This document shows positions 1 to 12,148 of a stretch of 64,000 nucleotides of DNA, in pieces. The position numbers and the translations under genes are program-made. The notes beneath the pieces were generated by a model that saw nothing but the letters and a program-made list of their open reading frames with translations, did not search any database and had not been told where the DNA came from. Origin of the DNA: Zancudomyces culisetae HAW-14-8. Its lineage: Eukaryota; Fungi; Kickxellomycota. Each line of letters starts with the position of its first letter. The first letter of the stretch is position 1. Location: the NCBI GenBank assembly GCA_052426225.1, contig JBNJNM010000008.1, positions 372,001-436,000 on the forward strand. The letters run 5' to 3'.

Positions 1-109
1 TATAGCATCCTCCAAAGCTGCTATATGCTTTATAAATACACTTGGTTCATCTTTTCCCCATTAATTATTTTTGTTGCCATCTATTTTACTTGTTTTTGTT
101 CAATTGTAG

Positions 110-180
110 GGAAAATAAAGCATGATGGAGCCATAAATGCAAAATCCATAGTTGATTACACTTTCAAACAATTGAAATAA
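110..180 (+). CDS. Possible terminal exon of a gene entering from the left edge (thioredoxin/PDI-like tail)
   Basis: A pyrimidine tract and TAG acceptor at about 109 precede KIKHDGAINAKSIVDYTFKQLK*, which resembles the end of a thioredoxin-fold domain. Weak evidence. Confidence 0.25.
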
Positions 181-619
181 GCTAGAAAACCAAATGCTCA
201 AAATAGCGGGAAATGTTGCTCAGTTATAAAATATAACGCATTTATTGGATCACCCATTCCCATTCACAAACGCTGATGGCCAGTACTTTTACTAGTCAAT
301 CACTGGATAGTTTCCACTCTCATAGCTTATTTGCAGATTTTTTAAAAGTGAACCTGAAATTGTCTGAACTATTATCTCTTTTTTTTTTGGCAGTGATGAT
401 CCTGTTTGAATACCAAACTCTCCCTTAAAACAATAATAGTGTTAACCTGAACTATTTTTTTTAGCATAAATAGCCAAAAACACCTGTAATATATTACACT
501 TTATTTGTTCGAATGATTGGGAATTGGTGAATTATTAGCCACCACTTTTTTGAAACAGTTCTGAAAGATAAACCGATTTGAAGCACAAGCAGAAATATCA
601 TAAACGATTTACAGGGCAA

Positions 620-2997
620 ATGAGAATGAAGTTCGCTTACCCGATCCTTACAATCGTTTCGATTACATACACTGCATTCCAAGCGATGTTTTATATTCAA
701 AATAGCAGAGGGCTTGAAAAATGTAAGTTTAAAGGCAGCCAGATTCTCAGATATTCCAAAGAATTGCGGATTGGGTTTATGCTCCCCTCCCCCTCTGCAT
801 TTTTTACCATATTTATCTTTATTTTAGCAAAAAAAGAGAAAAGAACCTGAAAATGTAAAGATGCTGCGGAAAATAGGTGTACTGGAAACACAAGCAGCAA
901 AGAGTAAACTGAGCTCTGCTATTTTCAACAGAGAAATAACAATTAGATACGACAACCCCAACCTGTGGTGTCTGATTTCGGAGATAATCAAAATCCTTGT
1001 TAAAAATATCTATTTGCTTGTGGTAAGTGCCGATTATACACGTTTTCTATATACCCATTCATCTTTAACTGGGTTTGGGTTAAATGTTTTTTTGAATATT
1101 TTCCAAAATTCAAGATAATTTCATGTTCGCCCCAGGAAAGGCTAAAGGGCGCAATATTTGAGTGATTATAATGGGTATCTAAATAAAAAACTTAGTTTGT
1201 CGCAAATTTTGTCGTGATATGCATCGTCTTATTTTACAAGAGGCTAAGAGATTATAACCGTTATATGAAATTTTCGACAGACACATGGGTAAGTTATTAT
1301 CTGAGCCTATTCTTATTCTTTATCTCTCTGCAATACACAAAATATAGGACACTATATGGCTAACATTGATAATGTTGTGTTATTTTGTAGATCCCCCTTG
1401 GTTATCCACGAAACTTTTTCTTATTCAAAACAATAGTAATTCAACCAATACTTAACTTTAAGCTGGAAGATTTTGTTTTGTGGACTCTTTCCTATAGTTT
1501 GATTTGTCTGTTATACGAGATATTGAAGCTTTGCAAAGGATATGTTAAAGGTGTAAGTTTAACTCACCAATAGAATATACATAGGGTCTTTGATGGGTTA
1601 CATTATATAGTTTTATTTATAACTAATAACGGAGATGGAGCACAAGTAGTTTGGATGCTCTTGAACTATACATACAAAACAAGCTTGAAAAGTCGAGTCA
1701 AGTCAACCTTAGATTTTTTAAAAAACAAAAATACAAACAAATAGTCGGCAAACCCAAGGAATCCAGTAAGCATGAAAAGGCTGGACGAGTTTCCCTTCTA
1801 CTTTCTGTTGATTTTGGTTACACTTGTCAACTTTCTTGCTGCCTGGATGTTTTGGAGCAAGCTAAGAGCGTTTTTCCCATTTCTAGCCATCGAGGTTTGT
1901 CTACTATTCTTTCCCATATTTTATATATTACTGCTATAGCGCACAAACCCAACACTATGTTACCGGTTCTACCCTCTTTTTTATATTTCAACCACGAAAC
2001 GGGAGATTTCGACTAAAACCAGTAATTAAAAATTTTAACTAGACGCTCACTGTGTTACTCGACATTGGCCAGATTCTGTCAAAAACGTTTTCTTGTAAAA
2101 TGGGGGAAAATGTAAACGACTTTGATGACACATTGGTGGACAAAACGTTTTGGGTTCAGTCTCTCGTAGACGTGTTTATCTTGGTACTTGGGCTGGCCAA
2201 CTTTATCCACATTATGGTAATATCAATTTTTCTATATAAGATAACATTGTAATTGTAGTTAACTCCTGAGGCTAATCAAATTATCAAAATACTAGGTAAT
2301 CAATGGGTTCAACATCAATATAGTTGGAATAGTTGTGTTTTCAAATCTCCAAAGTCTGATAATAAAGCTTAACACAAGCATAAAAAGGCTTGCACACTAT
2401 AAACAAGCACTGAGTGAAATGAATTCAGTGTAAGTCTGGTCCAGCATTATTTTAAATCATCTGAGCTAAACACTTGACCTGGGAGTAATTACAGTTTATA
2501 AAAACATACATCATCACATATAAATATATAGGCTTTTTGACGTGGAGGGAGAAGAACTTAAAAACTTTGATGGTCCCTGTCCAGTTTGTTGGGAAAGCAT
2601 GAAAAAGGGTGTGCGACTCCCGTGCGGCCACTTATTTCACAGGTATTGGTTTAATTTGTTTTTTATTGCGATTTTTAGAGTCTATTAAGGGTTATATGCT
2701 ACTACTCAATTGATAAATACCTTTTAATAAGACCACAACATTTCTAGCAAAAGCGATGGTAAACAGATAAATAACTAAAAACATAAGTAAATAACGATGA
2801 ATAGGTTTTGTTTACGCAAATGGCTCGAAAGACATCCACTATGTCCACTTTGTAGAAGCACCTTGAAATCATGCGATGGCTATTCCAAACTATGGCAAGA
2901 CATTCGCAAGTCTCCACATTATGGTGCCGATTTACTCTTTTCTCCGACCCCTGGAGGGCTTTCAGATCAGCGCCACAATTTCATCAACAGAACCTAG
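620..2997 (+). CDS. Multi-exon membrane RING-H2 E3 ubiquitin ligase, AMFR/gp78/HRD1-like (about 9 exons)
   Basis: GT-AG exons of about 620-722, 828/861-1022, 1196-1288, 1391-1552, 1745-1894, 2043-2216, 2296-2429, 2532-2642 and 2805-2997 give hydrophobic TM segments followed by CPVCWESMKKGVRLPCGHLFHRFCLRKWLERHPLCPLCR. The phase of the first intron is unresolved. Confidence 0.8.
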
Positions 2998-3101
2998 CAC
3001 TTCTGTCTGATAAATATACATTGTATAGGTGTGAAATATCGTAAATACCGCCGAACAGTCCGTTTTTTTTGTATTAGTATTCTCTTTCGGCGCAAAAATG
3101 A

Positions 3102-3212
3102 TTGGTGGGCGTGCTGGTTTTGTAACACCATCTCGTAGCAGTGTGACAGGTGAATCGGATCCTGGCTGCTGAGACCTTATCTTGGCAAAATCAGTTGTGC
3201 TATACCTACTAA
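3102..3212 (+). ncRNA. Candidate structured RNA (long irregular hairpin), identity unknown
   Basis: Nested stems UUGGUGG/CUACUAA, GCUGGUUUUGU/GCAAAAUCAGU, UCUC/GAGA, AGCAGU/GCUGCU and CAGG/CCUG. Many G-U pairs work only on the + strand. A T-run follows at 3233-3244. Confidence 0.3.
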
Positions 3213-3948
3213 GCTGGTGGTTAAAAAGGTAGTTTTTCTTTTTTACTTTTGTAGATCGAAGGGGTTTTCGTATCGGAAAATGCTATAGGACATCACTATG
3301 GTTATTTTGCTAGATTTTGGTTTCTATTATTTTTTGAATACTTTTAAATTTACAAATAACATAGTGCGCTGAAACTGGGTCAAAAAGGTGTGATATTAAA
3401 GGTGGTTACAAATTTAAAGACTATCATAGCACAAGGCTATACTGAAAATAATACATGATAGGAGTAAAACGTGAATGTATGGCCTATACAAATAAAAAAC
3501 AGTGTAATGAGATGATGTATTATTTTTAAGGAAAATACATGCAGTGTAAATACACACAGAAATCCATCAGAGGCGTGGTTCATTTTTTGAGCTTGGCTCT
3601 AGAGAGTTCTTTATTAAATAAAAACATTTTTTTTTTGGGTTAATCACTGCAAGACCAGGTATATAAGTCAACCAGTTGTGGTTCCATCCATAGTTTAAGA
3701 GACTATCTCATTTTTGTTATTATTTGTCTGCTTATTTACACGCTGACATTGAAAGTATTAAGAATATTGATTAATTGGGATGAGAGAGTGGACCAGCGAG
3801 CGATTTTCATGCATTAAAATAGCACAACCAAGAATATTTTTTTTGCTATAAAGAAATTAATTAATTAAACATTCAACAACAATAATAAAAATAAAAATAA
3901 AAATAAATCTTGCAGGATTCAATTCTAATCAGCAAGGGTAAAGAAAAT

Positions 3949-4705
3949 ATGGAGGTCGAAAAGACAGATCAAAACGTCGACTATGAATCCGAACTACGTG
4001 ATTTAAAACGAAAATATCAAGAGCTTGAGGGGGATGACCACAGGGGCCAGATTGAGTTGAGAACAAGAGAAGTGATCGAGACATATGTAAAAAGTCTAGA
4101 AGAAGAAATCAAAGATATTGGCGAAAGGATAGATGAAATTAAACGTGCAAAAATCCAAGGCAGTAAACTTGAGGATGAAGAGGTTGTGCCACAATTAGAT
4201 ATTGAACCTGTGAATGAAAAGGCACAAGAGAACGGAGATGTTGAGGGCATGGAAGATGTACCCCAAGAAAAGAACCTTGAAGAAGGGGACAAGGTGAAGG
4301 AGAGAGAAAAGGACCATTCAGTACAAATGGATGTTGTAGCTGAGGGTGAGGCGAAGGTGGGGGAGGGTGTGGTAACAGAGGTGGTAACAGAGGTGGTAAC
4401 AGAGGCAGTGGAAATGGATACAACGGTAGAAGGTGATGAGGAAAAGGTAAAAGTAGAAGCAGAAGTGGGGATAGTGGCAGAGAATACTGATGATTCTCTT
4501 TTATATGAAAAAGAGGAGGAAACAAAAACGATGGATGTAAGCACAGATATTTTCAAAGCAAAGGTCGCCGAGGAGGAGGGCTTAATAGATGAATTAGAGG
4601 TAAACGAGAAACAAAAGTTGCTGGTGGGCGTAGAGCTGGGTGAAAAAGAGGAAGAGGAGAGAGAAGGGAAGAATAAGGAAAAGGAAGATATGAATAGAGA
4701 AGAGA

Positions 4706-4736
<31 letters not shown>

Positions 4737-5316
4737 AGGAGAAAAAGAAGAAAAAGAAGAAAAAGAAGAAAGAAAAGAGAAAATGGAAGGTGAGGAAGAT
4801 GCTCTTGATATAAAAAAGGAGGAAGAAGTAATAGAAATAAAAGTGGCACCAAATATGAACAGGGACGAGAGTGAGTTGGGGGAGGCGAAAGAGGATAATA
4901 GAATGGAAGAAGACAAAGAGGGTGGGGAGCAAAGAGAGCAAGATGAAGAGGCAATAAAGCTACACGAGCTAAATGTGAGAAGGTGGAAAAAGAACATTAA
5001 CAATGTATGGCAGGATATCTCAGCGCATAGACTAGGAGGTATATTCAGCACAGCGATAAAGGACAATGAAGCGCCAAAGTATTCAAAAGCAATCAAAGTA
5101 CCACAGGATTTAAAGCAGATAAAGCTGAGAATCAGGGCAGATGAAATAACCAGCACAAACACGTTTTACAAAGAGATTATGCTGATGTTTATGAATGCAC
5201 TGATGTATAATAAAGAAGACAGCATGGTTTATCAAATGACATTGGAAATAATACCAGAGGCAAAGAATATAATTGAGCAACTTGGGATGACCGAGTATGG
5301 ATTTATGGGTAAGTGA
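3949..5316 (+). CDS. Bromodomain-containing protein (BRD8/Bdc1-like) with long acidic region
   Basis: C-terminal bromodomain (WQDISAHRLGGIFSTAIKDNEAPKYSKAIKVPQDLKQIK...MFMNALMYN). First ATG at 3949; upstream exons are possible (acceptor at 3915). Confidence 0.8.
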
Positions 5317-5380
5317 TGAGCAAAGTATTATTATTAATATTATTAATATTATTAAACTTAAAAAAAACAAAAAGGCGGGG

Positions 5381-7231
5381 TTAAAGTTTGTTGAAAAGGA
5401 TTGGGATTTTACCAAGTTTGAAACGATTAATAGAGTCGGCACTAGTAAAGAAGGATCCTAAGGCAGAGCCAGACCAGAAATAATAGTCGGCAGGTTTGGT
5501 ATGGTTGTAGTAAATATCTAGGATCTCGGTAGATTTGTTCGGGATTATTGGATACAAAAGAATGCTGCAGATACGAATGGACTCGAGACAGTAAAATATA
5601 ACAGTGTTTAAACGAGTAGGGTCGGAGCGGGTAAGGATCCAAGGCTTGTTGTCAGAAAAGTATTTATTGGTTATGGCCAAGTGTTCGAGCACAGTCTTTG
5701 CAGCTAGGGCAAAGTCAAAGTCTGCATAACATGAGGATACACGATTTGGAAGAGAAAGAAGACTGGTGTGTATGGCGGAATCGCGTGGATCGGCGGGTGT
5801 AGCACCATTGTTCACGCATTCGTTGTTGATAAGTGGCAACGAGGAATAATCGACGGCGAGTTTAGATGAGGTCGAGCGGGATAGTAAATTTCCAAGATGG
5901 TCGGCCAGGTCTTTGTTGTAAAACAGGGGAATGTTGGATTCGAGGTAGTCGTTATCTGACCCGAAACTGCCGCATTTTACTAGATAATAGCGAAGGGCAT
6001 CAGAGCCGTATTTTTCGATCTGGCTGAAGGGGTCAACCACATTTCCCAAGGATTTAGACATTTTGGTGCCGTTGTTTGTGAAGTGGCCGTGGACTACTAT
6101 TTTCTGTGGCAGCTTGTACTTAGCAGACGCAGCCATGAGAAAAGCAGGCCAGTAGATTGAGTGGAATTTGATAATCTCTTTTCCCATAAGCTGAATGTCT
6201 GGTATTCTATCGATATTTCCACTATCCTTGCCGTGAGCCGGAGCTAAGTAGTTCGCTAGTGCGTCTAGCCACACGTAAACGGTTTGGGAAGCATCACCCG
6301 GAACTGGAATTCCCCAGCCAACCCTGCTGCTAGGCCTGCTAACCGATAGATCGTCTACTTGATGCTGGTCCGTGGGGATATTTTGAATATTTTTGAAAAG
6401 GAATGAGGACAGCATGTTGCTCCTGCTTGGAGGTACTAGTACATTATTGTTTTTGAAAAATAGATATTCCTTGATTTTGTTTTTGAACAAACCAAGCTTG
6501 AATTTGTAATTTTCCTCTGAAAAGAACTCTACCTTGGAAGCTGTCTTTGTGTTTGGGCAGGTGTAAATATACTGCTGGTGTTCGTTCTGATCTGTTGAAT
6601 CTATTTTGGTAATGTGTTTCTCATCGGTTTCCGTATAAAAACATTCGTCGGTTACTGAATAAAAGCCAGAATGTTTTCCCATATAGATAAATCCATTCTC
6701 TTTAATCAAGTTCCAAAATTTCTGGACTTTGGCAAAATGATCTTTACTGGTAGTTCTGTTGAATTTGGTGTATTGGATATTAGCGACTTGACACAACTTC
6801 TTGAACTGGTTGCTGTGTAAATCACAGAATGCCAAGATCTTGTTGCTGTCAGCCATCCCTTCGCCAGCTGGGTCTGTGGTAGTCGCCAGTGCTTTATCGG
6901 ACTGAATATCTTTGAGTGCCTGTTGTTGAACCTTGAACCCATGTTCATCGGTTCCCGTTGCGAATTCTACATCGTAGCCCTGGGACCTGTAAAACCGACT
7001 GGTGACATCTGCCATTATACCCGTATATAAATGACCAATATGCGGAGCTCCATTTACATAGTAAATCGGTGTGGAAATATACACTTGCTTGGTGTCTTCA
7101 TTAACGAGTTTTGGTGTGATTGTCTTTTTTTCGCCAAGAGCTGGGGTTGTCGTGCTTTGTATATATCGTCTAATACATACTGCCCTGCTTCTCGTCGTTG
7201 CTAGTACTAAGATTCTACTCAAGTTCCTCAT
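5381..7231 (-). CDS. MSM1: Methionyl-tRNA synthetase, mitochondrial type
   Basis: STPIYYVNGAPHIGH, GTDEHG, YVWLDAL and KMSKS motifs; Arg-rich N-terminal presequence. Confidence 0.93.
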   Translation of the reverse strand: MRNLSRILVLATTRSRAVCIRRYIQSTTTPALGEKKTITPKLVNEDTKQVYISTPIYYVNGAPHIGHLYTGIMADVTSRFYRSQGYDVEFATGTDEHGFKVQQQALKDIQSDKALATTTDPAGEGMADSNKILAFCDLHSNQFKKLCQVANIQYTKFNRTTSKDHFAKVQKFWNLIKENGFIYMGKHSGFYSVTDECFYTETDEKHITKIDSTDQNEHQQYIYTCPNTKTASKVEFFSEENYKFKLGLFKNKIKEYLFFKNNNVLVPPSRSNMLSSFLFKNIQNIPTDQHQVDDLSVSRPSSRVGWGIPVPGDASQTVYVWLDALANYLAPAHGKDSGNIDRIPDIQLMGKEIIKFHSIYWPAFLMAASAKYKLPQKIVVHGHFTNNGTKMSKSLGNVVDPFSQIEKYGSDALRYYLVKCGSFGSDNDYLESNIPLFYNKDLADHLGNLLSRSTSSKLAVDYSSLPLINNECVNNGATPADPRDSAIHTSLLSLPNRVSSCYADFDFALAAKTVLEHLAITNKYFSDNKPWILTRSDPTRLNTVIFYCLESIRICSILLYPIIPNKSTEILDIYYNHTKPADYYFWSGSALGSFFTSADSINRFKLGKIPILFNKL

Positions 7232-7588
7232 TATTTCTATGCTTTAGAATGCATTTGATTGATCTAGAGTTGATTTGTAGCAAAATGCAGAATTCTCGCA
7301 AAAGGGTGGGTTTATACTTTCGTTTCACTTGTGTTTTTATATATTTTTTTCTCTATCTATGTATTTTCGTCTCTTGATATGAAATTATCTCTCCATGCAA
7401 AAAAAAAAAGAGTTAATAACAATAATAGAAATTGAGAAATATTGATTTGATTTGATTTGATTCCAGGCTAAAAATGACCAGATAGAAACATTTGTTTTTG
7501 AAAACTCTTAAACATGCTTTATATAATAGTCGAAATGTAAAAGATCAACAAACGAACAATAAAAAAAAAACTATATGTATGTATATAA

Positions 7589-10156
7589 CTACCTCTTGTA
7601 CATCATTGGATCTAGATAACTTCGCTGTGTTTCCAACCAGCTAGTCCCACTACTTCCGCCGCCACCAGTTGCGTTTCTTGACAACCTGGTACTACTACCA
7701 CCACCATGACTGAGACTAGAATTATTGAACCCAGTAGTCGTCAAGTTAAGATCGCTCGAATGTCCAAATCCACTTTTCTGTTCGATTTTACGCTGAATGT
7801 AGAACCAAGCGCTGCTTATCAGCCGGTTTTCATAATCTTTTTGCTGCTGAGAGTCAGTCAGCATTTCGTGGAGTTGGTCGATTTGCCGCTGTTTGCTCTC
7901 AATTTGGCTCTTGAACATTGTCTCCAACTCTACATAGCTTCCGCTTCCTCCAGCTGCGTTACCACTTCCACCACTGGTGGACAGTTTTAGCCGTTCGAAT
8001 TCCTCCCTATTGGCTTTTATTACTTCTTTGGCCTTCTTCAACCCCACTTGGGCATTATGTAACTCGCGCCGTGTTTCATTCAACTTCTCGGTGAGTTCTG
8101 AAATCTGTGCCTTTTGTTCTTCGGAAAGTGCCACTTCCTTGGACGCACTTTGTTTGTAGTTTGTGAGTTTTCTTAGTTCATCGTCCAATACATTCTTCTC
8201 AAGCAGCAGAGCTTCCAACTGCTCAGCCTTCTGTTTACATTCTAGTTCCTTGACGCTGTATCTGGATTCCAAGCTCTTTATCTCATTCCTATATCCCTCA
8301 ATTTCCTTTTCGGCAGACGCCTTCATAGTCTTAAGCGCTTGAACCTTATCCTGATCGATCGCACCGAGCTCGGATTTGGTCTTTTCCAGCTCTAACTGAA
8401 CCATCTGAAGCTGTTGAGTAGTCTTGTTCAGTTCTGCAGATATTGCCTCAACCTGCGATGTTGATCTAATGGACTCGTTTTTGGAGGCCATGTACGCTTC
8501 ATTTAACGCATCCAGCTCCTTTTCCTTTTCAGCCAATTGTGTCGAAAGATTGCTATTATTGGCCGTGGACCGTTCGGTGGCTGTTTCGAGCTCTTTGGTG
8601 AGCTCCTCCACTTCTTTTCGTAGGCTATCGAGTTCGGCCTTCATTTGAATGGGGTTTTCACCAAACTCATCTGAAAGAGACATTTGTACTGACGCAGGTC
8701 CATCCAGCTCTAGGTATTTTATGCGGTCTTCAAGCTCCCGAGAATATTCCTGCGCTTTATTTAAGGAGTCTACCAAGTCGATCTTCTCATCCTGAAGCTC
8801 GGCTATCTTCGTAACATATTCCTGAGTCTCTGTATCAGAAAGATTTAGCTGTGATTCCAGCTTGCTGAATGTGTCATTTTGCTGCCCCTTCTTGCGATCG
8901 CTATGCTTCAGCATTTTGACGTAGTCGGTTTCGAGCTGGCGTCTATTTTCCACCTCTTGTTTAAGTTGCTGCTCCAGCTGGTATGCCTTTTTCCTCCATT
9001 CGCTACTTTCCTCGATCTTAACACGGTATTTATCCACAACATTTTCTGTCTTGGCTAACTTGTCTGCCAAATGTTTGTACTCCTGCTCTCTGTCACGCAG
9101 TCTTTCCAGTTCGGCTTTGTCACCATGATATTTTGATAATTGCAGGTTCTTCTCCTTCACACTGAGAAGTGCATTCTCCAGCTGTGCGTGTTGCTGCTCC
9201 ATCTGTGTTTCCAATCGCTCAACATCTTTTCTCAGTGTCTCCACCTCTGCTCTCAGCAACGCATCTGTACTACCACCACTTCTTGCCTTGGCAAGCTCTG
9301 CTCTTTCTTGATTTACATTTTCCAACTGCCTCAGTGCTTCTTCTTTTGCTGTTTTTTCTTCATCGCACCTCTCTTTTTGCACTTGCAATTCTCGAAGTGT
9401 GGCATTTAGCTTTTCCTGTAGCTCCCCAATTTGGCTTTCAAACTCTCCCTCTTCTTCTATATCTTCAATATTCTCAACCCCTTCCATATCTTCATCCCCC
9501 GTACTTTCCAGTTGCCGCATGGTCTCCTCTATTGCGACCATTAATTCTCGCTGAGTCGATTCTTCCAATTCCATTATTCTTCCAATATATTCATTTCTTT
9601 TTTCACAGTTTACTGCAATCGTTAGCACTAGTTTACACACTTTTATCAGTTCGCTTAGTTCATCCTCTTTTGCAATCAAATCCAACATGGGCTTATGTAG
9701 TTTTTTCGTCTTGAAGCCCAATACCTCTTCACTGTACCCTAGTATCAATCGATAAAGCTTTTTCAAGTTGTTAAATTTAAATACCCAGCTCTCTCCAACC
9801 TCAGCTGTACGAATAATTCGAAACCATTGTGGATCACTATTTTTAATTTCCAAACACACAACAAATGTTATTAACTTGGAAAAATCCCAATTCGCCATTT
9901 TTTACATTTTTGAACCCGGGTAGAGTAAAATGTTTTTTATATCTTACATGTCTGCACATATTTCAAATAGAATTACACCGTCTGTCAAATCCGCCAAACT
10001 CTCAACTTTTGTGGACAAAGTGTCAAATGTACCTATCTATTTTCGTTTAAATAAATTTGCTTGTATTTACGATACTGACAATCAATGCTATACCCACTAG
10101 TGAAATCAACAAATAAAGCTTACCCATGAGATAAATCCGCTCGTAGAAGTATCCAT
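7589..10156 (-). CDS. Hook family microtubule/dynein adaptor (3 exons)
   Basis: Exons of about 10156-10124 (MDTSTSGFISW), 10039-9948 (TFDTLSTKVESLADLTDGVILFEICADI) and 9837-7589 (DPQWF...NNLKKL..., long coiled coil, ENRLISSAWF) match Hook family hallmarks. Confidence 0.85.
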
Positions 10157-10730
10157 ATTCCCAATACTCCTTCTGTTTTAGTACTTGTTGCGTTTATTTA
10201 TATCTTGTTCTCTGTTTTATTGTGTACCAATCGTTAAATATTTCATAGGCCTTTATGATTGTCGAGTTTTGAGCTTTATTTATTCTCTTGCAATGTATAG
10301 GTAGTTCGGTTTGGTTTGATTTAGCTAATGAATTATGATTAATTTATCTGCAGAATTGCTGTTTTATTGTGATAGTTGATGTTTTTCTGCTTTAAACATT
10401 GGTTTTGTTTATTTTAAGTTGTATATCCATCATACACATTAATTAAAAATATACAATTTGGATGTGCTCTTTTAGATGAAGCTTTTTTTTTTATGCCGCA
10501 GATTTTTTATTTAGCGTATTGTTTTCTGAATGCAGCTGACCAAATGTGATAAGTGACCTAGGAGAAAATATAATCCATGCATCCCTCATCACGAGTAAAG
10601 TAAGGGGATTTGTAAACACCCATTTGTTTTTTGCAGAAATTGAGCATAAATGAAAATTGAAATAGAATAAAAGTTGCTCATTTGGATAAAAGAATAAAAA
10701 ATCCGGTTAAAGCGGGTCGAGGGAACTACA

Positions 10731-11107
10731 ATGTGGTGAGTATGGAGGCAGATATCACAAATACAGGATATTTAGATTTCATACACGAGAGATAAATAGC
10801 TTAGACATCGATAGGTTCTAACCCTCATTTTTTCAGCACCACCTCCACTCCCGCTCCCCCCCACACACCATCCTTCGATTTCGCATCCAATCCAGTTTGG
10901 TTAAGCATATGTTCCAGCACATCTAATTTTTACTAATATCTGTTTTTTATTTAAACCCCCTATTTGCTGGTTTTTACATCAAGCCTTAGTTATATTTATG
11001 GAGTAGGTTGCCTGAAGATTCTCGTAGAGTCTATTTATGTAAAAGGACGTCGAGTAACAGGAAGAAGTGGGTTGTGTATAATTGCTAGAAACGGCGCACA
11101 AAGCTGA
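10731..11107 (+). other. Putative spliced transcript / 63-aa small ORF of unknown function
   Basis: Canonical intron 10736-10836 (GTGAGT...TTCTAAC...TTTCAG) and a second candidate intron 10900-10983 (TACTAAT branch) join ATG 10731 in frame to TGA 11105-11107. The product is not recognisable. Confidence 0.25.
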
Positions 11108-12148
11108 GTCCCACCCCCAACTCATCTAGTGCGTTTTTTCACACTTTGCTAGAGCTAGAAGGTTATCTTGTGAACTTTAAAACCAACTCTATAGAAATCA
11201 CGGGGCATTATTATAGACAAATAAAAGCGCTCTTGCCAATTAATATCTCTCTCTCTCCTTCTCCGCCCACCCTCTCGCGAAACTGAAAATTCTGATAACA
11301 ATCTTATGTTCATATCACGCTCCTTTTGGGTGTGTCTGTCTATGTGACTCGTGATGATGTACACTATTGTATTATTTTTGTTGATATAAACAAGCTAAAG
11401 GCTAATACATAGTGCAACTTCCAGTTGTTTTAGACATGTATAATGCTGAACTACGAATGAGTACCATAAATATACTGCAGTCTTTTTTTTGCAATTTCCT
11501 TTTGGGGCTCCCTGCAAGTACTAAAAGTAAAATTTATTATGATACTTATCAGTAGCAGCTTATTGAGAGCAAGATTCATCAGTGCTTTTGGATGTCCCAG
11601 ACTTACTCGTAAAGCTAATATAACACTAGACTCTCTTTAGAGAATCCCGTAATAAGTAAGCCACATCGAGGTTTGAGAAGTGAGTGGATTATTGCAAATC
11701 AACTTGCTCCATCTAAAAAAAATTTTTTTTTTGGATGCCTAGCTGAACTACCAATTAATAGAGTTTGAAACTGGAAGAAAAATCTCGAATAAAAAACCCA
11801 CGCAATTCGGTTTTTTTGCTTTTTTTTTTACGTGTGTTTCTACCAACAACAAAATCAGGCTGAAAATCGAATATATCAGAAAAAAAAAATTTTTTTTTTG
11901 CGGGAAAAAAAAGAACGTGTGATGCTTAACGAAGCTAGTAGGCGTACACTAAAAAAAAAGCTAAATCATTTACTTTTTGTTGACTAGCTTATTTACCTTT
12001 TGCTAGCGCAAATATTTATTTAGAAGCATACCTTGGGCTGTAGCTAGACAAAATACTAGTAAAACGCATCTTAGAACAGCATCAGCTCATAGTGAAGCAT
12101 AAAGTATACCAAACATACTACAAGAGTTACACTAAAGGTACAAAAAAA

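Noticed and set aside
3098-3228. Selenoprotein (ORF with TGC TGA) or SECIS element
   Set aside because: There is no recognisable selenoprotein fold, and the hairpin lacks the UGA/GA quartet geometry.
4017-5162. Long Ser/Phe/Leu-rich minus-strand ORFs
   Set aside because: They are antisense shadows of the Glu/Lys-rich bromodomain gene.
10818-10825. CTAACCCT as a telomerase RNA template
   Set aside because: It is better explained as the branch point of intron 10736-10836. I could not find a downstream pseudoknot or a P6.1-like element.
11640-11705. Resemblance to U4 snRNA (GAGGTTT...GATTATTGC)
   Set aside because: It lacks the U6-pairing segments and a correctly placed Sm site.
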